64,000 nt of DNA. Source: an uncultured Bacteroides sp. (GTDB taxonomy: Bacteria; Bacteroidota; Bacteroidia; Bacteroidales; Bacteroidaceae). A model generated the notes under the pieces. That model was given only the letters and a program-made list of their open reading frames with translations. It was not told the origin of the DNA and did no database searches. The number at the start of each line of letters is the position of its first letter. The stretch's first letter is position 1. Positions 51,409 through 61,497 of the stretch are shown piece after piece. The stretch spans positions 342 through 64,341 of the forward strand of contig USQO01000002.1 of the NCBI GenBank assembly GCA_900556845.1. The letters are read 5' to 3'. A program made the position numbers and the translations under genes.

Positions 51409-53736
51409 TTACAAACGACTTTTCTGACTGTCTCCAGCTCCGGTACCCTTGTACTTACTCTTGGCTGCATTAAACTTATAGCGCAGAGTCAAGGCAATGC
51501 TGCGACGTACTTCCTGTTTTAGCATCATTACACGATTTCCACTGTATAAAACAGTTTTGGCTGCGCTGGAATTAAACAGGTCATCTGCCTGAAGTTTGAC
51601 ACTCAGACGTTCATTAAAGAAGCTCTTATATAGACCAACATTAGCATACCAGCAACCTTCTGACACATAGCTGTTCTCGTTATCTCCGGGAGTATCTGCT
51701 CCCAAATCTATATCCAGGCCAAACCCAGACGGCAAACTGAAGTGGTTACGGAACGAAAACGAACCCATAGGGTTATTGAAATTCTCCAGACCACCGGGTA
51801 CATCTACCTTGTACCATTGCTGAAGCAACATAAGCGTGAGTTGAGGAGACCAGATACCTATCGTGGGAGCAAGGGTCAAGCTGGAATAGAGTTTGTCCGA
51901 CCCATACCGATTGTAGTAGCTGAACAAAGAAACAGTCGGGTCGTCTTCCGAGTAAGCCTGACTAAGCTGAATGATTGCATCACGACCGTGAATGTAACGT
52001 GTATTGAAATACAACCACTTGTATGATGCATTGAACGAAAGTCTGTTTATAACCGAAGGCCGCAAAAACGGATTTCCGCCTTCGTAAGTATAACGGTTGA
52101 TATACGTTGTATTACTTCGGAGCATCCAGTACGAAGGACGGTATATGCTTCCCGTATAGCTCAGCTGTAACTGGACTTTACCTACAGGCAGAGAAAGCGA
52201 AACGGAAGGGAACACGTTATCGTAGGTGCGACTCTGTTCGTCAATGCGCTTATCTTCTTCGAAATAATCCGAAGTCAGATGCTCATAGCGAACTCCTGCC
52301 CTCACTTGTAACCGGCTGATACGGAAACCGTATTCTGCAAAAAGGGCAAAACTGTTCTCACGGATACGACTTTCGTCATCGTCCAGGATTCCTTCTACAT
52401 TCCGATAATTGTTCAACCGGTTGGTGTAAGTGTATTCACCGCCAAACGAGAAATTACCTTTCCACAGCGGATGCTCGGCTACCAGCTTGGCAGCATACAG
52501 TGTATTTTTATCAAGACTCTCGCTGGTAACAGTCTGTTCTTTCCGTTCACCGTCTGCCGGAATAATTTCTTCCAGCATTTCCTGCGGTATCTTATTGTCC
52601 TGCCAAATCCCGTCGGCATTAAAGTCAATGTGCCAGTCGCCTACTTGTCCGTTATAATAAGTGTTCAGTGTATGGCCGGAGCTTACATGATTCTGCCATC
52701 CGATGCTGCTGCTTTTTTCGTAAGGAACATTATCTTGTGCGACATTGGTCTGCATATTAATCTCATCGTGGTGTTTTGGAAAACGGTCAAAGTTATAACG
52801 CATTCCCCACGAGTGATTTTCATTAAACTGATAGTTGAGCGAAAGCATGGCAGACAGGTTCTGAATATGTATCCGGTCGTTCAATTGGGATTCCTGTTTC
52901 CACGTACGGTCGAGAAAAGTTTCCTGTACGATGCGCTTGTTGTTCTCGCTTCGTCTGTCATTGCCTAAAAGCATACCCGACAAGTCAAAGCCTCCTTTAC
53001 GATAGTTGAAATCAAATATATCACGCACTGTCCAGTCATAGCGATATTCGGTATAGAAACGGTTATCGAAACCAAAGCCTTCGCCTTGCGGCTTTTTGGT
53101 CCGAATACGGATAACAGCGTTTACCGTTGCGTCATAGCGTGAACCGGGATTGTTTACCACTTCCACGCTTTTGATGTTATCCGAAGAAAGCTGATTCAGT
53201 TCGGAATTGTCTCGCACCTTACGACCGTTGATATAAATCTCCGGAGCACCGGCACCAAACACACGGACTTCTCCATCATCGGCTGATACCCCCGGAAGCT
53301 TGTCCAGTAAATCCTCTCCTGTTCCTGCTTTTTCAAGGATACTACCCTGCACGGTAGTCACTATGGCATCTCCTTTCAGTTGCATCTTGGGTAAATCGGC
53401 TTTTACAACCACTTCACCCAGCAGTTGTGCATCCGAAGCAAGTTGGACGATGCCAATATTAGCAGGAACCGTTGGTTTATATACTGTCTTATATCCGATA
53501 GAGGATATTTTCACAATCTGGTTTTGCGATGTTGCCTCCATCGTGAATGTTCCATCCTCACCGCTGACGGTTCCACTCACAAACGCCGAATCAGGTAGTG
53601 ACAGCAGCACTACATTGGCATAAGGCAATGGCTGACTGTTCTCGTCAATCAGTTTTCCACTTACGCGCTGAGCGGATAAACACAGCGGCAAAAGACAGCC
53701 CGTAAATACGAGTAGAAATGCTTTTATTTTTTCCAT
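51409..53736 (-). CDS. O2: intact outer-membrane beta-barrel
   Basis: Same architecture as O0; tail KYKGTGAGDSQKSRL. Confidence 0.88.
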   Translation of the reverse strand: MEKIKAFLLVFTGCLLPLCLSAQRVSGKLIDENSQPLPYANVVLLSLPDSAFVSGTVSGEDGTFTMEATSQNQIVKISSIGYKTVYKPTVPANIGIVQLASDAQLLGEVVVKADLPKMQLKGDAIVTTVQGSILEKAGTGEDLLDKLPGVSADDGEVRVFGAGAPEIYINGRKVRDNSELNQLSSDNIKSVEVVNNPGSRYDATVNAVIRIRTKKPQGEGFGFDNRFYTEYRYDWTVRDIFDFNYRKGGFDLSGMLLGNDRRSENNKRIVQETFLDRTWKQESQLNDRIHIQNLSAMLSLNYQFNENHSWGMRYNFDRFPKHHDEINMQTNVAQDNVPYEKSSSIGWQNHVSSGHTLNTYYNGQVGDWHIDFNADGIWQDNKIPQEMLEEIIPADGERKEQTVTSESLDKNTLYAAKLVAEHPLWKGNFSFGGEYTYTNRLNNYRNVEGILDDDESRIRENSFALFAEYGFRISRLQVRAGVRYEHLTSDYFEEDKRIDEQSRTYDNVFPSVSLSLPVGKVQLQLSYTGSIYRPSYWMLRSNTTYINRYTYEGGNPFLRPSVINRLSFNASYKWLYFNTRYIHGRDAIIQLSQAYSEDDPTVSLFSYYNRYGSDKLYSSLTLAPTIGIWSPQLTLMLLQQWYKVDVPGGLENFNNPMGSFSFRNHFSLPSGFGLDIDLGADTPGDNENSYVSEGCWYANVGLYKSFFNERLSVKLQADDLFNSSAAKTVLYSGNRVMMLKQEVRRSIALTLRYKFNAAKSKYKGTGAGDSQKSRL

Positions 53737-53820
53737 TGTATGATAGATTTTAATTTTTCACAGCAAAGTCCCTGAATCGTCAGTCCCTTTCTACTACTCT
53801 ACGAAGTAGTATTGATTGCT

Positions 53821-53947
53821 GCAAAATTATAATTAATAATCCTATCCTACACAGAAACCACCTCTACATCACCGGATACGAAAATGCGCCATAACACACT
53901 GTATTTTAGTATATTATGACACATTATAAAATATCGCTATCTCTACA
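53821..53947 (-). promoter_or_regulatory. P2: conserved promoter module
   Basis: -7 box 53822-53829; boxes 53860-53868 and 53939-53947; stem 53883-53925. Confidence 0.8.
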
Positions 53948-53956
53948 ATTGCATTT

Positions 53957-54001
53957 TCAGGACTCTACCAGCCGCCTGTACAGCTTCATATCTTCTGTAA
54001 A
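53957..54001 (-). pseudogene. R2: 3' relic of a regulator gene
   Basis: Translates FTEDMKLYRRLVES-stop versus FTDDMTLDRWLVEF-stop in R1/R3, at the same position relative to the promoter module. Confidence 0.8.
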
Positions 54002-54093
54002 AACATTCTGAAAAGAGGCCTCAATAGTTCTCTGAAAGAATTTGTAGCCAGGAGAGATCATGTAATTAGGTTACTTGACAAATGTGATACCTC

Positions 54094-55314
54094 TTACTGA
54101 GGAGCCTGCCAGAAGTATCGGTCGTCGTTGACGGAAAAGTTTCTCGGGTTCCGTTGGCCGCTGTCGCAGCCAGTAGGTTGCAGGAAGATGTAGTTGATGA
54201 GGTTCTCATAGTCGCTTTCCGTGTTGAACCCGTAGCGCGTCCAGCTTTCCAGATAGAACAAGTTCTTGGCCATGTACTCGTACAGATAGTCTTCCGTCGT
54301 GGTCTTCTTTTCATTGTTCCAGTTGGCTTCTTCGTTCACCCGGACAGGCTGCCCGCTCCTGAGGCGTACACGCACTTCCTGCACACTCAGCAGATTGCCC
54401 TGCTCGTCCGTCACCCAAGCATTGTTCGTGGGATCAATCCAGAGCCACTTGCCGAGAGTGGACGAATAGACGGCATTGATGACGTGGCAGTCGCTGATGT
54501 ACGTCTTCGGCATACAAGTAATGACGCGCGACGGGATTCCCATCGACAGGTAGCACTCGTTCAGCACCGTGGCCAGTCCGCGGCAGTTCAGCCCACAGCT
54601 ACCGTCCTTGCAGGCCTCAGCAAAGTTGATGGAGTTGTTTCCACCCTTCGGATTACCGTTCTGCCCGTCGTGGCGTATCTTGTCGTGGATATAGGTCAGG
54701 ATGCGTTTGATGGTAGCCAGTTCATCACCCGGCACGGCCACACTGTCCAGCTGGAAATAGTCACGGACGCGTTTCAGGTCGGGTTCATCAGCGTGCGCAT
54801 AGACAATCTGGGGCAGGCTGTCGACTGACTGCGTGTGGGTGTATTCCGGCGCATTCTGCAGGATATAGAGATAATCGGTGGTTTCTTTCAGACGCTTCAG
54901 GGCGGGTTGTAGTTCAGGTGCGTCCAGAATGTCTTTCAGGTCTTCGTCGTTGATTACCCTGTTGTAGCTTATTTCAAGCTTTCCGCTGTCCAGTGCTTTG
55001 AGCAGGTTGTTGGCAGCTTCTTGTTTTTTCCCTTGTACTGCCTGGATGCTAGCCATGTTATAGTAGCTGGAGTATTTGAAGTAGGCATAACCTTCGGCCA
55101 GTTGCGTCGCTTGTGCGTCGTATAAGTCGATAATCTTATGGCAGAGGGCTTCAGCAGCCGGATAATCCTTCCCAGTATATGCGTCAAAGAATTGTGCATT
55201 TAGCGAATCGGCAGCGGCCAGAAACTTCCGTTCGGCATCTGTTTGTGCCGACAAACTTGTGAGGCAGACTAAACTTAATAGTAAAGTCAGCAAGTGTCCT
55301 TTCAGTCTTTTCAT
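54094..55314 (-). CDS. Secreted TPR plus transglutaminase-like (Cys-His-Asp) protein
   Basis: Signal peptide; YYNMASIQAVQG TPR; GLNCRGLA, DCHVINAVY, WLWIDPT. Confidence 0.8.
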   Translation of the reverse strand: MKRLKGHLLTLLLSLVCLTSLSAQTDAERKFLAAADSLNAQFFDAYTGKDYPAAEALCHKIIDLYDAQATQLAEGYAYFKYSSYYNMASIQAVQGKKQEAANNLLKALDSGKLEISYNRVINDEDLKDILDAPELQPALKRLKETTDYLYILQNAPEYTHTQSVDSLPQIVYAHADEPDLKRVRDYFQLDSVAVPGDELATIKRILTYIHDKIRHDGQNGNPKGGNNSINFAEACKDGSCGLNCRGLATVLNECYLSMGIPSRVITCMPKTYISDCHVINAVYSSTLGKWLWIDPTNNAWVTDEQGNLLSVQEVRVRLRSGQPVRVNEEANWNNEKKTTTEDYLYEYMAKNLFYLESWTRYGFNTESDYENLINYIFLQPTGCDSGQRNPRNFSVNDDRYFWQAPQ

Positions 55315-55393
55315 TGTGTATTCTGTTTAAAAATTGGTTTTCAATAGAGTATTCAAGCTATAAATGTAAAGCTAATTATTTAATACCACTATA

Positions 55394-56611
55394 TTATTGT
55401 CGAATATTCTTTTCCAGTACTTTCTGAATGATTCCCTTCACTTCCTCTTTGCTTTTGATAGCAGCCGGATAAGTGTGAAAAACATTATATTCTTCAATAG
55501 CAGCCTCCATGGGTATCACTGCACCGGGTTGTGTTGCCTGGAAAAATATTGTCAGACGGCGTTTGATTTCAGGTTCAAACTCTTTGGTTATAAGACCTTC
55601 AATACCCCATGCAGCAACATGGTCGTAGAGGGGAGCATAGTAGATAAGCCCATCTGCCACATCTTGCCAAGACTTGTTCTTTACATTAGTCGTAGTACCT
55701 CCGACGAGACCATTGTAAGCAGTTTCTCCGTATGGTGTATTTTTCAAATCAATAGCAAACGGGCGGCATTCCAACCGTTCAAAGGCTGCATCCCAATGTC
55801 CTTCGCCCGTCATCGGGAAATTACTGCCGTCAAACAGGTTGTAATCAAACCAGTTCAGTACCACGATTCTGACTTTCTCTGTTCCAAAGATTTTCTTCAT
55901 CCACCAGCCTTGTGTTCCATAAACTGTGTTTCTCTTTTTGAGAATCATCGAATAGTTGATAGCATGTGGCTGACTGGTTATCACCAGAGCTTTGCGCTTA
56001 CCGTTCAAGGGTGCTTGGCGGGCATACATTTCTGCAAAGTGGGCAGCCATTAAACTGTCGCGATAGTTCACAGTACGAGATTCCCAGAATTTCTTGTAGT
56101 CTTCTACAGTACGAATCTCGTCCCATGAGAACTCACGGTCGGTCAGTCCGAGTTTAATTTTCCTTGGAGAAGTACGGTTTATTTCATATATACCTTTCAG
56201 GAATTTAACGCGGTTGTATTTCTCCCAAATTGGATAAAAGATCTCCGACTTTCTATAATAGGCATACAGGCTGTCCATGAAAGCCGCCTCCGTCGGATAA
56301 CTGCCTTGCAGCAGGCGGTTTACATCATCATTCATGTTGTACGAACCGACTTCAGTATAGACGTGTCCCACTTGCTCTGCAAAACGAGGATCTGCCAGGA
56401 TGTCGTGAATCAGGTCGTATTGTACCGTGTCACGATGGTCACGCTCGCCCAGCACTACTATATCCGATTTCTCAAACAACTTGAATATGTATTCCTTGGG
56501 AGGCATTCCCTTTTCATCCGCACATGTACGCAATGCCTCAATAGAGGGTGTCTGTGCCTTTAATGCTATGGTTGTCAAGGCACAAGAGATAAGTAATAAT
56601 AGTTTTCTCAT
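55394..56611 (-). CDS. Secreted hydrolase-like protein (tentatively ChaN/EreA/TraB-like fold)
   Basis: Own signal peptide MRKLLLLISCALTTIALKA-Q; IVVLGERDH, VYTEVG, RDSLMA and PHA motifs; family call tentative. Confidence 0.55.
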   Translation of the reverse strand: MRKLLLLISCALTTIALKAQTPSIEALRTCADEKGMPPKEYIFKLFEKSDIVVLGERDHRDTVQYDLIHDILADPRFAEQVGHVYTEVGSYNMNDDVNRLLQGSYPTEAAFMDSLYAYYRKSEIFYPIWEKYNRVKFLKGIYEINRTSPRKIKLGLTDREFSWDEIRTVEDYKKFWESRTVNYRDSLMAAHFAEMYARQAPLNGKRKALVITSQPHAINYSMILKKRNTVYGTQGWWMKKIFGTEKVRIVVLNWFDYNLFDGSNFPMTGEGHWDAAFERLECRPFAIDLKNTPYGETAYNGLVGGTTTNVKNKSWQDVADGLIYYAPLYDHVAAWGIEGLITKEFEPEIKRRLTIFFQATQPGAVIPMEAAIEEYNVFHTYPAAIKSKEEVKGIIQKVLEKNIRQ

Positions 56612-56659
56612 TATGAATATATTCTGACAGTTAGCATTGATTTCATTCAATAGATTGCC

Positions 56660-56776
56660 AAAGGGCAAAGGTTTGTGTTTCTCGTCAATCAGTTTTCCGC
56701 TCACAGTCTGGGCAAACAAACACACCGGTAAAAGACAGCCCGTAAACACAAGCAGAAATGTTTTCATTTTTTCCAT
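56660..56776 (-). pseudogene. O3: first 39 codons of a beta-barrel gene, in frame with the downstream hydrolase
   Basis: MEKMKTFLLVFTGCLLPVCLFAQTVSGKLIDEKHKPLPF matches the O1/O2 N-termini, then similarity stops. Confidence 0.85.
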
Positions 56777-56809
56777 GGTATGAGATTTTATTAAGTAGTT
56801 TTGACTACT

Positions 56810-56936
56810 GCAAAATTAAAATTATCCGGTCTATCTTGTATGAAAACCATCTCTACATCACCAAATACAGAAATGCGTCATAACATACTGTACTCTAGCA
56901 TGTTATAACGCATTATAAAATAGCATTATCTCTACA
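56810..56936 (-). promoter_or_regulatory. P3: conserved promoter module
   Basis: -7 box 56811-56818; boxes 56849-56857 and 56928-56936; stem 56872-56914. Confidence 0.8.
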
Positions 56937-56945
56937 ATTGCATTC

Positions 56946-58811
56946 TCAGAACTCTACCAGCCACCTGTCCAGTGTCATATCGTCCGTGAAACTTACCCGA
57001 CCAGACTCAAGGAGATGTTTCTTCAGACGGAACTTCTTCTGAGAAATAGAAGCCGGAGAGACGGCAAAGATGGAAGCCAGCTGCGTATTGTTGAAGCGAA
57101 GACGGATAAGCAGACAAAGACGAAACTCCTGCTCCGTAAGCTGAGGACAGCAGGCATGCAAGCGGCTGATGAAATCGCCCCTGGCTGTCGTGCACAACTG
57201 TGTCAGCTCCTCCCACTCCAAATCACTCAGAACGCGGCTTTTCTTCCGAAGACCGGATACCAGCTTGTGACTGTCTATCACATAGTCGGTCAGGCGGCGC
57301 TCGTTCTCTTTCAGCTTCAGACTTTCTTCCGAGAGGCGGCGCAACTGCTCCACATCCTTACGGGCATCACGCAGACGGGAAGCATAATCGCTGATACGAT
57401 GCTGCAGGTTATCAATAGTTTCCTGAAGGCGACCGTTCTCCGATTCCAGACGCACCATCTGCTCCTGATGGGTATGACGCTCCTCGGCATCGCTGTCATG
57501 ACGGGATAGCTGCTCTTTCAATTCATCCAGATAGCGACGGTTCTGCTGCAGGCGGCTTTCATTCTCGTGCAACTGAAGCAGGTAGGCCTGTAGCTGCTCC
57601 GACTGCCGCCGGATGGTGGTTTCCTTGCGTACTAGACGCTTCTGATACAGATACACCAGAACGGAAATTACTACCACCAGACAGAGGGTGACAATAATCA
57701 GCACACGCTGAGCTTCCGCTTTCTCCAGCTTTAGACGCTGCTGCTCGGTAATGAGTTTCTGATGGTCGTACTTCTCCTTATAGGCGATGATTTCCTTGCC
57801 TTTGTCAAGGGCTATGATAGAATCGTTGTAATACAACAATGAATCACAGTAATTTTTCAGGTATTGACGATATTTAGAGTTATCGCATAATCTATACAAA
57901 TATCTATAAACAGATTCTTTAGTATAAACATTATCAGTATTCAATGCTTTGTTTAAATAATAGAAAGCAGAATCTAATTTACCTAAACTAAACAAATTCT
58001 TTCCGATTAATGAATTTGAACGATATTTTACAGGGAATGCTCGCAAAATACTCAAAGATTTCTCATATTCACAGCTGTTAGTATATACCAAAGCTGTTTC
58101 TTGTTGCACACCATAATAATACTTATCATTTGCAAGTCCAAGTTCCAATGCAATCTCCATACATTTCTGATAAGTTTCTATCGCTGTAGGCAGTTTATCC
58201 AAAAGACAATAGCATCTGGCCAGATATTGTAAAGACACCATCTGATACCTCTTATTAGAATCCTTCACAGCATAATCATATGCCTTCATACAAGCTTCAA
58301 AGGCATAATCTTCTAAATTACGATATAAATAAAGCTTTCCTAGAGAAGACATTATCAGATATCCGGTCTTATAATCGTCTGTTTTCTCCACCTCTGTTTT
58401 ACCTTCCAAGTAATACTGCATGGCTTCTTCTATATTCCCTAAGTCATAGTTTATATCTCCCATATAAAGTGCAGACATCGCCTTTCTACGGGCATTATCT
58501 GTAGGTTTGTAATAATCGTATGCTATCCTAACAAGGGAATCGGAAGAGATTTTCATGATTTGTTTTACTTGCGCCTGTGAAGTCAACAGACACCACAATG
58601 CATGGTTCTCCTTATCCCGGCGTGCTGAAGGCATCGGCATAGCCTCCAGTATATGCAGCGCACTGTCCGGGTGGTCAAACATCACGGACTCTGCCCGCAC
58701 CAGTTCTGCAAGCGGATGCTCGCCTGCACGCTTGCCACTACAGCCCGCCAGCAAAGCAAAAAAAGAACACAAAAAACAGAAGTATAGTACGTATCGGATA
58801 AAATGAGTCAT
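56946..58811 (-). CDS. R3: membrane-anchored TPR / LuxR-like HTH regulator (close paralog of R1)
   Basis: Lipobox LAGC; aligns to R1 without gaps after the signal region. Confidence 0.85.
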   Translation of the reverse strand: MTHFIRYVLYFCFLCSFFALLAGCSGKRAGEHPLAELVRAESVMFDHPDSALHILEAMPMPSARRDKENHALWCLLTSQAQVKQIMKISSDSLVRIAYDYYKPTDNARRKAMSALYMGDINYDLGNIEEAMQYYLEGKTEVEKTDDYKTGYLIMSSLGKLYLYRNLEDYAFEACMKAYDYAVKDSNKRYQMVSLQYLARCYCLLDKLPTAIETYQKCMEIALELGLANDKYYYGVQQETALVYTNSCEYEKSLSILRAFPVKYRSNSLIGKNLFSLGKLDSAFYYLNKALNTDNVYTKESVYRYLYRLCDNSKYRQYLKNYCDSLLYYNDSIIALDKGKEIIAYKEKYDHQKLITEQQRLKLEKAEAQRVLIIVTLCLVVVISVLVYLYQKRLVRKETTIRRQSEQLQAYLLQLHENESRLQQNRRYLDELKEQLSRHDSDAEERHTHQEQMVRLESENGRLQETIDNLQHRISDYASRLRDARKDVEQLRRLSEESLKLKENERRLTDYVIDSHKLVSGLRKKSRVLSDLEWEELTQLCTTARGDFISRLHACCPQLTEQEFRLCLLIRLRFNNTQLASIFAVSPASISQKKFRLKKHLLESGRVSFTDDMTLDRWLVEF

Positions 58812-58829
58812 AATGCTATATTACAGATT

Positions 58830-60395
58830 TTATACACAAATCCAGTCGCCAATCGTACCCGTTTCGGACGAAAAGCTGGCTCCAACCTTATAAACTTTGC
58901 GGCTGTCAGCAGCATATTCACATGCATATCCTTTTTCCTCTATCTGCCGAAGTGCCTCTTCAGCCGTACCGTCAAGCTTGAATTCAAAGATATACACATA
59001 CTGCGGAGTCTCTACGATACAGTCCACACGACCCTGGCTCTGCATCTTTTCCACATAAACCGTATAGACACTTATCAGACGCATTATCAGATAGAACGTG
59101 TACTGGAAATAGCGTTCACGCTCCGTCTCATCCGACTTACGGCGCATGGTATAGGGGATACTCGCAAGAAAAGATGTAAAAAGCGTACGAACCACATCAG
59201 GTCTGCCCGCTTCAAGCGATTCCACTACCTCATCTATCCAACCCTCTACACGTTGCCTCGGCTTCAGGTACGAAGTAGCCAGCATGGTCAGGAAACCGTT
59301 CTTTACCTCATTGTTCGGGAAATCCAGCAGGAACCTGTTCGTGCGCATGTTATACCCCTTTATTGTCAGATAACCACTTTGGAATATCATCGGCAAAGGC
59401 TGCTCCAAGTCTGCCTTGTAGTCTACAAACTCCTCTGCACGGTAATACTTCCCTGTCAGCTCGTTTACATTTTCATCAAAATGACTGAGCAGGCGGATTA
59501 GATAACTAGGGGTGCCCGAGCGGAACCAATAATCGTTTATCCGAAGACTGTCCAGCGCATTGAGCAGGCTGAAAGGATTGTATACATCTGTCAGACGCTC
59601 ACTGAAATGATACCCGTCGTACTGAAGTTTCAGGCGTTCCTTCATTTCCTCCGCACTACAGGCATAGTCCTGTGCCATGGCTGCTATCGGTGCCGGAAAG
59701 TAATGCTCTATCTCTTCCTGTGTAATCCCGCAAAGAGTCTCGTAGCGACGGTCCATACTGATATCCTTCGGCTGGTTGAAACCGCTGAATACACTCACCT
59801 GAGAAAACTTGGTTACTCCCGTCAGCAGGACAAACTGCAGGTGTGCATCGGCTCCCTTGAAAACCGAATAGAATGCTTTCAAGACATTGCGGTGACGGTC
59901 TTCTAGGCCTGCATCCACATCCAGCACATCCAATATCGGCTTGTCGTATTCATCAATCAACACGACTGCACGGCGACCTGTCTGCTCGCGGGCAGCACGA
60001 AGTACTTTAATAAAGCGTGTACCTACATCCAACCTGCCGTTGTCCAGACTAAGTCCATAATCAGACTCCCAATCAGTAACATAATCGTTCAGGCGTTCTT
60101 CCAGCACACCTTCACGCGTAAAATCAGAGCCGTTAAAGTCCACATGAAATACAGGATACACATGCCATTCTTTCTCCAGACGGTCTATCTTCAGACCCTT
60201 GAAAAGCTCCTTGCGCCCCAGATAGTAATTCTCCAATGTAGACACAAGCAGACTCTTGCCGAAACGGCGGGGACGACTCAGAAAATAGATTTTTCCTTCG
60301 TGGGTAAGCTGATATATCAAGTCGGTCTTGTCAACATAAACATAGCCGTCTTCAATAAGCTGGTCGAAGCTCTGGATTCCGATTGGGTATTTCAT
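58830..60395 (-). CDS. AAA-ATPase-like plus PD-(D/E)XK nuclease (PDDEXK_9 type) protein
   Basis: MKYPIGIQSF, YVDKT, RPRRFGKS, IDEYDKP, GRVDCIVE...YIFEFK, QIEEKGY. Confidence 0.92.
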   Translation of the reverse strand: MKYPIGIQSFDQLIEDGYVYVDKTDLIYQLTHEGKIYFLSRPRRFGKSLLVSTLENYYLGRKELFKGLKIDRLEKEWHVYPVFHVDFNGSDFTREGVLEERLNDYVTDWESDYGLSLDNGRLDVGTRFIKVLRAAREQTGRRAVVLIDEYDKPILDVLDVDAGLEDRHRNVLKAFYSVFKGADAHLQFVLLTGVTKFSQVSVFSGFNQPKDISMDRRYETLCGITQEEIEHYFPAPIAAMAQDYACSAEEMKERLKLQYDGYHFSERLTDVYNPFSLLNALDSLRINDYWFRSGTPSYLIRLLSHFDENVNELTGKYYRAEEFVDYKADLEQPLPMIFQSGYLTIKGYNMRTNRFLLDFPNNEVKNGFLTMLATSYLKPRQRVEGWIDEVVESLEAGRPDVVRTLFTSFLASIPYTMRRKSDETERERYFQYTFYLIMRLISVYTVYVEKMQSQGRVDCIVETPQYVYIFEFKLDGTAEEALRQIEEKGYACEYAADSRKVYKVGASFSSETGTIGDWICV

Positions 60396-60433
60396 AGGAG
60401 AACGATTTATTAATAATGAATACTTCTGCTTTT

Positions 60434-60486
60434 CAAAGATAGTGCAAACCAAGCGAAGTACAAAGCGAAAACAAAGTTTTCAGAAT
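60434..60486 (-). repeat. 53-bp promoter-containing direct repeat, copy 1
   Basis: 46/53 identical to 60923-60975; ends in TATCTTTG on the minus strand. Confidence 0.75.
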
Positions 60487-60506
60487 CTGTACTTCCGGGG
60501 TAAAGC

Positions 60507-60899
60507 CTAGCTGAATTCTACCAGCCACCTGTCCAGCGTCATATCTTCCGTGAAACTTACCCGACCGGACTCGAGGAGGTGTTTCTTCAGGCGGAACTTC
60601 TTCTGAGAAATAGAAGCCGGAGAGACGGCAAAGATGGAAGCCAACTGCGTATTGTTGAAGCGAAGGCGGATAAGCAGACACCACAGCGCATGGTTCTCCT
60701 TATCCCTGCGTGCTGAAGGCATCGGCATTGTCTCCAGGATATGGAGCGCACTGTCCGGGCGGTCAAACATCACAGATTCCGCCCGCACCAGTTCCGCAAG
60801 CGGATGCTCGCCTGCACGCTTGCCGCTACAGCCCGCTAGTAAAGTCAAAAAAGAACACAAAAAACAGAAATATAGTACTTGCCGTGTAAAATAAGTCAT
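60507..60899 (-). pseudogene. Mini-regulator: in-frame internal deletion derivative of an R1/R3-type gene
   Basis: R3-like N-terminus to HALWCLL joined directly to IRLRFNNTQ...WLVEF. Confidence 0.9.
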
Positions 60900-60922
60900 A
60901 ATTTTGGGAGGTTATATCAACA

Positions 60923-60975
60923 CAAAGATAGTGCAAACCGAAAGAAGTACAAAGTGAAAAAAATGTTTTCAAAAT
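60923..60975 (-). repeat. 53-bp promoter-containing direct repeat, copy 2
   Basis: See 60434-60486. Confidence 0.75.
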
Positions 60976-60976
60976 A

Positions 60977-61453
60977 CTATAACTCATACAACCACGAATC
61001 CAGTGTTTCCCCCTCCCCGAAAAGACAGGAATCTACAGCCAGTATACGTTTCTTCATCCGCGATTTCTGTTGATAGACCGATGTCGGAGAAATAGCCGAA
61101 AGCACAGCAATCTGCGGCACGGTAAAACGCAGTTTGATAAGGACACAATACTGCAAGTCTACTTCTGTAAGATTGGGGAAACGGTTTTTCAGTCGGGCAG
61201 TAAAACCGTTATAGACATCATCTACCAAAGCAGCCAGACATGTGCGGTCCGAGTCGTCAATGAAATGCGGATTCTTCCGGAGCTCGTTGACCAGCAGATG
61301 CTCTGCCACCAGCCTTTCGGCCAATTTATGCTCACGTTCGCGCAACTATTTCATTTCATTTTCAAGAGTCTGAATACACTGTATGTTGAGTCTGCCCGAA
61401 CCTTCGGACCGAATCTCCTGCTGTTGTTTAGATGTCTTTTTCGGGTTATTCAT
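60977..61453 (-). pseudogene. Sensor-less HTH protein (R4-like C-terminus) with internal TAG
   Basis: ATG 61453, 35 codons, TAG at 61348-61346, then in frame LREREHKLA...FPNLTEVDLQYCVLIKLRF...ETLDSWL. Confidence 0.75.
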
Positions 61454-61497
61454 CTTTAATTTAGAAAACTATTTTGTCATCGGTTGTTTAATCTACG

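Noticed and set aside
47358..56914. Integron attC sites or invertible-promoter repeats
   Set aside because: No integrase or recombinase gene seen, no clear RYYYAAC/GTTRRRY ends or extrahelical bases, and the 7-nt loop is too short to be an invertible segment.
47432..58811. Diversity-generating retroelement explaining R1/R3 variation
   Set aside because: No reverse transcriptase or template repeat in the window; the variable part is internal and about 400 bp long. I did not tabulate adenine bias, so a nucleotide alignment would settle it.
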